This document shows positions 1 to 8,100 of a stretch of 64,000 nucleotides of DNA, in pieces. The number at the start of each line of letters is the position of its first letter. Position 1 is the stretch's first letter. A model generated the notes under the pieces. The model was not told where the DNA came from. It was given only the letters and a program-made list of their open reading frames with translations, and searched no databases. The translations under genes and the position numbers were made by a program. This stretch comes from a virus, in IMG/VR virus record IMGVR_UViG_3300031695_000001; one strand, written 5' to 3'.

Positions 1-603
1 GCTATTCCACGCTGTAGTACCTACTGGAGCAATCCAGTTGTCGTCTGCATTTATTAAATCTTTGTATATAGATAATTCAGGAATATCTTTCCATATGTTA
101 CTAGTAGTACCTACTTCGCCCATTCCTGCGTCTGGATAGTCTGAGTTCATTTTTTCAATTTCGCCCATGCTAGTCATAAACCAATTACATTGTAAACTTT
201 TTAAAAACCCTTGGGCTAATAAAATATTATTCAGCATATGCAGTGTGTAACTAGTCTCGTCCCAAAATGTTTTAATCCAAGTATCATTGTACGTTTTAGC
301 ATTAATATAATTAAATATACTTCCGCAAGTTTTCCAACCTACTCCGTGACTACATCCTTCTCGACGATTGTCAGTAGTATGATAATCGTTTCGCAAATGA
401 CTAGTCCATTGTACAATTACAGTATCGGTTGACGTGAGGTGTTGTCTTGCATGTAGTTCGGTTAGGCGTTCGCATATTGCACGATTGCCTAACCCTGGAT
501 ATCCCCAGTTTTCGTATGTGTCGTATTCAGTTCCTAGCATGTCAGCCCAAGTTGGCCAAGCATAATTACTAAAACTGCATCCTAATACGAATAGTCGAGA
601 CAT
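1..603 (-). CDS. SGNH/GDSL-hydrolase-like phage protein, 3'-truncated by the window edge (not in ORF track)
   Basis: ATG at 603-601 overlaps the upstream stop (TAATG). Translates MSRLFVLGCSFSNYAWPTWADMLG...ENWGYPGLGNRAI...VIVQWT; GCSF, G-x-G-N and VIVQWT resemble SGNH blocks I-III. Confidence 0.6.
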   Translation of the reverse strand, partial: MSRLFVLGCSFSNYAWPTWADMLGTEYDTYENWGYPGLGNRAICERLTELHARQHLTSTDTVIVQWTSHLRNDYHTTDNRREGCSHGVGWKTCGSIFNYINAKTYNDTWIKTFWDETSYTLHMLNNILLAQGFLKSLQCNWFMTSMGEIEKMNSDYPDAGMGEVGTTSNIWKDIPELSIYKDLINADDNWIAPVGTTAWNS

Positions 604-1673
604 TACTTAGAGCTTTTAATATTAAGTTCAGCGTCGACTACGTCTGCTATGTTTTCAAATACTGCGTCAACAGTATCATCATCTATAACTTTAGGCAGTT
701 GTCCTGCACCTACTTCTGGCTCTTCATCATGCCCAGTGTGTACAAGCGTACCATTAACAACACCAACCACATAATCAACAATATTACTATCCATTGACAT
801 TAAACTTTCGTTATGTCGATTAGTTGACTCTTCTTGGGTAATACGAATAGGATCATATATCCTGTCAGATTCGCCTAGGTCTAATACGTTAAAGTTTTCA
901 GCGTCTGGATATGACACATTTATTGGGAAAGTAGATCCATGTATTGCTGTAGTAGTTGTACCTACACAATACGATAAGTGTTGTCCTACACTATCGCATC
1001 CTAAGAAGTGATCAGCGTATTTAATCATTGATGCCCATTGTCTTATATTCAACCCTTCGGGCATAGCTATTTCATTTTTTAAGCCTTCACCTTTAAGGTC
1101 AATTTTAAGTTCACTCATCATAACAATAGCATAATCCTTTTCTAGTTTTTTGAGCATAGTCTTTAGATCTTTAAACTCAAAACTTCTAGCAGTGTGATCA
1201 ACCGGTGTGTCGTCGATAATTTCAATACCACGGCCAAACGGCTGTATTACTAATAGCTTATCTTTTTTGATTTTTTCTTTAACTTCGTTGACTAACTTAC
1301 GGCCCACAAGTAGTTCTTCTTTACTAAGTTTCATTGTAGGTCTAGGTAGCTCACGTACACCTTTGCCATTTAGTTCAATGTCAAACGCTTGTGCTAAACT
1401 ACACTTTTGATTATAGTATTCCCAAACCCTGTACGGCTCTGGATATGATACATCTCTGTTTTTTAGAACATCTTTAAATAAGTTTTTATGCCAAGGATCA
1501 TATGCCCTAGCATCTAATGTTGGATGTCCTTTAAACATGTCTGTGCCACCTTCGCACACGATGACAAATTCAGTATCACCTGACTCTTGTTCGTATAATT
1601 CTAATGCGGGTATGGAACACAGCATTCTACCTGCGCCGCCATTTAAAAAAAATGCTTTTGATCTTGTTGTCAT
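603..1673 (-). CDS. Glycosyltransferase, GT9 (heptosyltransferase)-like, GT-B fold
   Basis: N-terminal GGAGRMLCSIPAL (cf. GT9 G-x-G-D), internal VIQPFG, and C-terminal IKYADHFLGCDSVGQHL matching the GT9 'A-x-x-x-x-G-x-DSG-x-x-H' motif. Confidence 0.7.
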   Translation of the reverse strand: MTTRSKAFFLNGGAGRMLCSIPALELYEQESGDTEFVIVCEGGTDMFKGHPTLDARAYDPWHKNLFKDVLKNRDVSYPEPYRVWEYYNQKCSLAQAFDIELNGKGVRELPRPTMKLSKEELLVGRKLVNEVKEKIKKDKLLVIQPFGRGIEIIDDTPVDHTARSFEFKDLKTMLKKLEKDYAIVMMSELKIDLKGEGLKNEIAMPEGLNIRQWASMIKYADHFLGCDSVGQHLSYCVGTTTTAIHGSTFPINVSYPDAENFNVLDLGESDRIYDPIRITQEESTNRHNESLMSMDSNIVDYVVGVVNGTLVHTGHDEEPEVGAGQLPKVIDDDTVDAVFENIADVVDAELNIKSSK

Positions 1674-1691
1674 TTTACTCTCTTACTCCAT

Positions 1692-1747
1692 AAAAAAAGA
1701 CTGGGTCTACTAGTATATATCAACCACATACTAGTGACCCAGTCTTT
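1692..1747 (-). terminator. Long-stem intrinsic terminator-like hairpin
   Basis: AAAGACTGGGTC (1696-1707) / GACCCAGTCTTT (1736-1747) plus inner ACTAGTA/TACTAGT; T7 run (1698-1692) at the 3' end on the minus strand. Confidence 0.7.
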
Positions 1748-1773
1748 ACTGGATTGAGAGAAACTTCTTTAGT

Positions 1774-2469
1774 TTATTCTTGGTCTGGCATCTCAAAGTA
1801 AGGAAGTACTGCACTTGGAAATGGTATTTTCCAATGATTAATTCCTGCATATCTTACATCTGCAACAACTACTTTAAGCCAAGCAGTATAATCAACTAAT
1901 GTTTGACGATCTTCTGCTGTCAAGACATTGTTAGCTTCGTCCAATAATGCACCATCAATAGTAGCTGCCTGTCGGCGTGCCCCGGCAATCACTGACGCTC
2001 TATCGTTAACGTGTGTTCTAAACGTAGGTCCTGACCAGCCGTCACCGACTATGTCATTTAGTAACGATTCGCCCCAGTGTAAGTGGGCAAGCATGCCAGA
2101 TGTACCTTCGTATTGATGAGTCCACGTCCATTCGTTGCCGTCAGCATCTTCAATATTTTCTTCGTAATCTGCTATATCTGCATGCGTATATTCATGTGTA
2201 ACATATGCACAGCGCATTGCGTTGGCAGCACTAGAATGTGCATCTACTGTACAATAAAGATAGTCGTCTTGTTCAAAATATGATTCATCAAGACTTCGAT
2301 CATCAGCTTTGTCGCCACGTCCGGCTTCTCTGCATTGAAAGTCATCTTTATCAATTTGCATTAAGACATATCTAGGTCCTGTATAAGTACATTCAAAAGA
2401 CAAGCCGGATTCGGTTGTCGTATAGTATGGTTGGTCTGGTAAATTTACCGTAAATGTTTGGTTAGCCAT
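1774..2469 (-). CDS. Putative tail-fibre assembly chaperone-like protein
   Basis: Lies directly downstream of the Cys/Gly-rich genes. C-terminus LVDYTAWLK...HWKIPFPS resembles the 'Y..xL.D......W P..P' end of fibre assembly chaperones. Confidence 0.4.
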   Translation of the reverse strand: MANQTFTVNLPDQPYYTTTESGLSFECTYTGPRYVLMQIDKDDFQCREAGRGDKADDRSLDESYFEQDDYLYCTVDAHSSAANAMRCAYVTHEYTHADIADYEENIEDADGNEWTWTHQYEGTSGMLAHLHWGESLLNDIVGDGWSGPTFRTHVNDRASVIAGARRQAATIDGALLDEANNVLTAEDRQTLVDYTAWLKVVVADVRYAGINHWKIPFPSAVLPYFEMPDQE

Positions 2470-2491
2470 TTTTGTTTCTCTCCGTTTTAAT

Positions 2492-2499
2492 TATTTATT
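2492..2499 (-). promoter_or_regulatory. T4-type late promoter (AATAAATA)
   Basis: TAAATA core ~22 nt upstream of the ATG at 2469; the same motif recurs upstream of other structural genes. Confidence 0.55.
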
Positions 2500-3457
2500 A
2501 AGTTGCCACAAATCTAATTTTGATTATGGAATCTCCGCCAGCCCAACCGTTATCTCTAACGCCTGAACAAGGCATAGCTGGTGCGCCACCATGACCGTGT
2601 GGTACATACATTGTACAACCTAACGTATCATAACAACCGCAATGTCTTACTCCGTTCCAACAGTTAGTCCATGGTGACCCTTGTGTTGGCATTCTGCTCA
2701 TTGAGTTTAGTGCTTGTAAGTAACCTGAAAATCCCATGCCTGACCAGTTTGACATACCGTTGTCACTTTCTTGTGCATATGAAAAGACTCCGCCGCCTTC
2801 ACTATGGTATCCTGGCGGAATAGCTACGTGATGCGATGTACTACAGTTACAGTTTGGATAACAATGCCAGTAAGTAGTACAACTAATATTGCCCATTTTC
2901 TGAACATCGCCGCCGTATGCACATGCACACCAAGCACTCGGACAGTGGTTACATATTAATCCACAGTAACTACCGTACTGAGTAGAGCAAAACCCGTTTG
3001 CACTCATACAACACCAACGTGCTGTACTTGTTGAACAAAAACTAGTTCCTGATCTACCGCCTTCTGCACATATACAACCGCTTGTGCCGTTGCCATTCCA
3101 ACATAACATTCCTGCTTCTGAACAACCTCTGTTACATATTTGGCTTGCATTCCTGCAACTCTTTCCTGCATGCATACATATCCAACAGCCTGCTGCCATA
3201 GTTAAATTATTTTTCTTAACATACGCTCCAGAATTTCCTGGTAGCGTTGCTGAACAACAGCACATTCTAGATCCGCTGCCACCTGCTCCGATAACTTCTA
3301 CGTCAACAGTGCCTGCCGCTGGTGCAATCCAGCAATGACACCCACCTTGTGTAGTGTATTCAACTACTGTTGAAAACGCAAACATTTTTCCTGGTTCTAG
3401 GTTATCTTCAAGTGCCGGTGGTGACCGAGTTTGTAATATTGATGCTAATGTTGCCAT
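2498..3457 (-). CDS. Cys/Gly-rich virion protein, paralog 1 (possible fibre-tip adhesin)
   Basis: 319 aa, ~31 Cys; EVIGAGGSG...MCCC...PGNSGAY and terminal GGDSIIKIRF typical of glycine-rich adhesin-like domains. Confidence 0.6.
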   Translation of the reverse strand: MATLASILQTRSPPALEDNLEPGKMFAFSTVVEYTTQGGCHCWIAPAAGTVDVEVIGAGGSGSRMCCCSATLPGNSGAYVKKNNLTMAAGCWICMHAGKSCRNASQICNRGCSEAGMLCWNGNGTSGCICAEGGRSGTSFCSTSTARWCCMSANGFCSTQYGSYCGLICNHCPSAWCACAYGGDVQKMGNISCTTYWHCYPNCNCSTSHHVAIPPGYHSEGGGVFSYAQESDNGMSNWSGMGFSGYLQALNSMSRMPTQGSPWTNCWNGVRHCGCYDTLGCTMYVPHGHGGAPAMPCSGVRDNGWAGGDSIIKIRFVAT

Positions 3458-3465
3458 TGTGTCTC

Positions 3466-4422
3466 CTAACTCTCTATAAACTTAATTCTAATTGCGCCCA
3501 TACCACCTCGATGAGCGTGGTCTCTAACACCCGGACAAGGAAATGGTCCGTGACCTCCTACACCGTATGGTACATTACTTTGACAACCGTTTGAGTTATA
3601 GCAACCGCAACTGTTGTCACTTGTGTAACATGCTTTCCATGGTATACCTGAACCTGGTGTTTTGCCTGCGCCTGCTAACATAGCAACTGTTTGTCCATAA
3701 CCCATGCCGCTCCACTTGGATGCTGACGTATCGTTTGAATTTGCAAATCCAACAACGCCTCCGCACACAGCTATCATTCCTGGGGGGAATGCAACATATG
3801 ATCTAGTTTGACATATACACGCCGGATAACAACCCGTAAACGCCATACAACTTATGTTTCCGCATATATTAACATCGCCGCCATACGCAATTGCGTCATG
3901 CTGGCCGCTACACTGATTACATATCATACCGCACTGTGGTCCTATGTTTGTTCCACAAAAACCGCCTGCAAGGAAACAGCAATACATTGATGGGGTTGTT
4001 GAACAATAACTAACGCCGCCTTTGCCGCCTCTAGCGCACATGCAGCCGTTTGTCGAAGTACTAGTCCAACACACTGTTGAAGGTTCTGAACAACCTCTAA
4101 AACATAGTGCATCGGAGTTTCCGCAAGCAAATCCCGTACATCCCCACATAAACTGACTTGTTGTCATGTTTATTACTTTCTTAGCATATGATCCCGAGTT
4201 GCCTGGAATACCTCCACCACAACAACACATCTTTGCTCCACTGCCGCCTGCACCCCAAACTTCTATGGTTGCAACGCCAGTTGCCGTAGGACACCAGCAC
4301 CAACACTTACATGCTTTGGTGTAAGTATTGCCTTCTGCAAAGCTATATATTCTACCAGTCTCGAGGTTTTGCTCGCTTCCGCTTGGAACTTTAGCTTTTA
4401 ATAATGTTTCTAATGATGCCAT
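3466..4422 (-). CDS. Cys/Gly-rich virion protein, paralog 2
   Basis: 318 aa, ~32 Cys; colinear with paralogs 1 and 3 (EVWGAGGSGAKMCCCGGG...PCPGVRD...GG.GAIRIKF). Confidence 0.6.
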   Translation of the reverse strand: MASLETLLKAKVPSGSEQNLETGRIYSFAEGNTYTKACKCWCWCPTATGVATIEVWGAGGSGAKMCCCGGGIPGNSGSYAKKVINMTTSQFMWGCTGFACGNSDALCFRGCSEPSTVCWTSTSTNGCMCARGGKGGVSYCSTTPSMYCCFLAGGFCGTNIGPQCGMICNQCSGQHDAIAYGGDVNICGNISCMAFTGCYPACICQTRSYVAFPPGMIAVCGGVVGFANSNDTSASKWSGMGYGQTVAMLAGAGKTPGSGIPWKACYTSDNSCGCYNSNGCQSNVPYGVGGHGPFPCPGVRDHAHRGGMGAIRIKFIES

Positions 4423-4450
4423 ACTTATTTTCCTTTGTAATAACTTCTAC

Positions 4451-4783
4451 TTAAACTGCGCCAATGATCCAACCGTATGTGCTGCCACTATACGTTAGTG
4501 TAACAATTGCTCCTGCTACGTCAATAATTAAGTCTTCAGTAGCTCCGTTAATTTTAGCACTATTTCGGCCTATTGTTATAGAATTACTGCTTGCATTACC
4601 TGCAATATCCAATACCTGTATTGAGTCGCCAGTAAGTACTGTTGCAACTGCTGGCAATGTAATAGTGAATGCACTACTAGCAACGTTTGCCAGTATTCTG
4701 TCGTTTACTACAGCACTGTATGTAGTACTAACTTCTCTGTTAGTAACTCCAGCTGTACCAATTGTTGTAATATATCTTCCCAT
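4451..4783 (-). CDS. Small fibre-associated beta-sandwich protein
   Basis: FTITLPA...GDSIQVLD...SNSITIGRNSAKING...LTYSGSTYGW resembles the module recalled from the N-terminus of T4 gp34-like and cyanophage fibres. Confidence 0.5.
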   Translation of the reverse strand: MGRYITTIGTAGVTNREVSTTYSAVVNDRILANVASSAFTITLPAVATVLTGDSIQVLDIAGNASSNSITIGRNSAKINGATEDLIIDVAGAIVTLTYSGSTYGWIIGAV

Positions 4784-4807
4784 GGTTGTTTTCCTTTATC
4801 CTTTAAA

Positions 4808-5128
4808 TTACGCTGTTGAGGTCTCAATGCCCATGCACACTGCTGATGCGTTTGCCGCACTACAATATGCTACTATATTTTGTGTAGCCGCTAATACTAT
4901 ACCAGTTCGTTCTAGTACACCCTTAGCAAGTATTTCTACATCATACTCAATGTATTCAGCGTTCGTTGGTGTGCCGGATGCTGAAACTGCTATGCGCATT
5001 GTTACGGCTTGGTTGCCTCTGTTAACGATATTTAAACTTGCAATAGTGTATGTGTCTGCCGGAGCAGTATATACCGTTGTATTCGTTGCCGCACTCATAT
5101 CGTTTGCGCCTAATCTTCCTGTTGCCAT
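4808..5128 (-). CDS. ~110-aa fibre partner protein, copy 1
   Basis: YTAPA...LNIVN...IEYDVEI...GIVLAATQNI; similar pattern to 16216-16545 and 27621-27959. Confidence 0.5.
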   Translation of the reverse strand: MATGRLGANDMSAATNTTVYTAPADTYTIASLNIVNRGNQAVTMRIAVSASGTPTNAEYIEYDVEILAKGVLERTGIVLAATQNIVAYCSAANASAVCMGIETSTA

Positions 5129-5140
5129 TCTTTTTTCTCC

Positions 5141-8100
5141 TTAGTTCAGTAAGAACATTTGTAGTGCTACTGGCGCACCTGCTATTCCGCCTTTGAAGTT
5201 CACTACATTATTTATGTTAATTGAGCCTCCACTGGTCGTAGATATTTGATTTCCTGTAATTTCAATTACACCTGCTGTTACACTGTTTACGTTTAGTGTA
5301 GCAACACCACCACCTATTTGTGATGTAATGTAAGTTTTAATTGCTTTTTGTGTTGGAACAATACTGTCACTATCTGCACTAAATGTACCATCTGTGCTAA
5401 ACTCACTAATAACAGCTCCGTTGCCACCTAATGCAACACTACCTAATTGCAATTCATTAAGTCCGGATATATTAAACGCTTCAACGTTTAGTGTAGCAAT
5501 ACCAGTTGCCTGTTCAACGTTAAACAAGCCACCAACTCTAAAGTTACCATCTTGGTCAGTACTTGTGTAAAACACTCGTCCTCCACCAAAGTTGTTTGTT
5601 TCAACTGCTGGATCTGGAACTGAGCTAGGATCGTTTGGATAGTTAGTATTAGTAAAGTTACCTGTACCAATGTCTAAGAAGTCATGACCAGTTAAACGTA
5701 CCTGGCTAAATCTTCTACGTATTGTAATTGCATCATCATGCGGTGGACGTTCTGATGCTAATATTGTTGGACTTATTTGTAGTAACGCACTATATGGTCC
5801 GTTGCCTACTAAGCCTGTAACAGCAACTAACTTATACCAGGTATTAGCTCTACTTGCAAATTCTACGTTTGACCCTTTTTGTGGACTAGCTGTTAACCCA
5901 TCAACTCGTATTTTAGTACCAGTTTGTTTAATATCAGCGTAACCATCTCCGTTAACTGTTCCGGTAGCAGTGATGTAACCTGTACCTCTATTAGAGAATG
6001 TAGGTTGTGTAAGTACTGCGTTGCCAACTCGAACAGTATGTGCCATTTCAATTGTATTGTTAGGATCAACTAGTGTCATAACTGGCGGACTTGCAATACT
6101 GTAGCCGCTTCCAGGATTAATAATTCTAACTTCAATAACCTTTTCATCTGATACTCTTGCTCTTCCTCGTGCTCGAGTACCGCTTGCTGGCGCCGCAAAT
6201 ACTACTCTAGGTGATATTATATATGCAGTAGTTGAATCTAGTGAGCTTACTATTCCTGTACCAATTGCATGATCCCAGCCAGCCGCACCGTTTGAATCTT
6301 TAAACACAGTTGCTACCTTAGATCCTGAATTATATACACCAATAACTCCATATTGTCCTGCACCTAATCCACTAGTAATGTAAATTGACATTCCATTATA
6401 TGCACCTGTTGCGTTAACATCAGTAGCCGCTAAACTAATTTGTGTTGCGTTACCTGCTTGTGCGTTACTTGCAACTTCTTTATATCCGTCACCGCCGTAT
6501 GTTGCACTGTCTGAATCAATTTGTATTTCATACACGCCGCCGTTAACAACGTTAGTAGCACTAACTGCCGCGCCAAAACCGTCGCCTGCAAATGCCCAAC
6601 GTGTTGCCGCGCCAATTGTTGCTACATCAAATGTACAAACTGCCGCTCCGCCGCCGCCTACTAAGTTATCAGCAACAGTAATAGTGTCGTTTTCTGCATG
6701 ACCAGTACCACCTTTAACTACTGTTACTGCATACGTGCCATTTGCTTCAACTTGAATACTAAATTCTTGTCCAGTACCACTGCCAGCTGATGAGCCAACA
6801 ATGCCGTGATATGTTCCTTTAGTACGCGATGCATCTGCACCACTTACTGTGTCAACTGTTAATAATGAACTTGTTTGTTGTGTAGTGTAACCTAAACCAG
6901 CATTTAAATATTCAACTTGTAATATTTGGTTTGCTCCGTCAGTAAATACTGCCGCAACTTGTGCTTCAAGTTGTTGGTTATCAACTTTACCAAGAATTGG
7001 TACTTCTGTACTGTCAATGCCTTCTGCAACTGATCCAAAATCTCCGTAGGAGTTGTTACCGTTTGTAGCACGAACTTTACCGCCTGATTCTGCAAGATAA
7101 CCAATATGACAATAGTATGTAAACACAGATACAAGTTCTGCTCTACCTAAGTTATTAACCCAAAAGCCAATACCGTCACTTAAAATTTGTGTAAAGTCGT
7201 TTGCAACAATCGAATCGTTGCCGCCATTGTGTATTGCTCCGTCTACTTTTAGTCCAATACATGCTGTACCAAAGTTCGATACGTTTTGTACATATGGAGA
7301 TTTTGTAGTGATCCAACCACGAGTATCATCTGGTCCCCAACCTGGATCAAGACTTACAAATGCTCCTGCACTTGGACGTCTAGTTCCGTATGAATTGGCA
7401 CTACCTAATGCTCCTGACAATCCACTTAATGAACAGTTTCTTAGTCCACTACCGTTACGCATGTAGAACATATCTTCTAAATTGTTATTCGAAAGCGCAT
7501 TTAAGTAATAACGTCCTGCCATAAACACTTCATAGTTTGAACCAAATATTAAGTCTATTTTAACTGCATCAATATATCTGTTGACATCTCGCGCACAAGC
7601 TGTTATAGTATAATTGTAGTTTGCATATGTAGCCGAAATATAAGCATGAACTTCTGCAATCATATATGCTCTGTTTTGCTCAAGTATTTCTACAGCATAT
7701 GTAAATCCTGTAGTTGCATTTGGAATAAGTTGTCCTCTATATTGAGGTACTGTACTATCACCAGATGCTCCGTTTGCACCAAAGTCAATATAATCTGCAA
7801 GCTCTGTAAACAAGTTAGAAGCATATGCGCCTGCTGCCGATGAACCTGCTGGGCGTGTTACTACTTGTGTTACACTATTACCAGTTGACTCAGTAACGTT
7901 ACCGTTTGTTATAATTGTTGATGCTATTGCCGCAAGTCGTGTTATTGCCGCAATACTCTTTGGAACATCCTCTGATGCTGTTGCTGTAGCTGCCGGACTA
8001 ATTTTAGTTGAACGTAATTCGTCTCCTACAATCGCTGTATCTTCAGGAACCCTAATAGGAAGGAATTCATAAAACTGTCCTGTTTTAACAAATACTGTTT

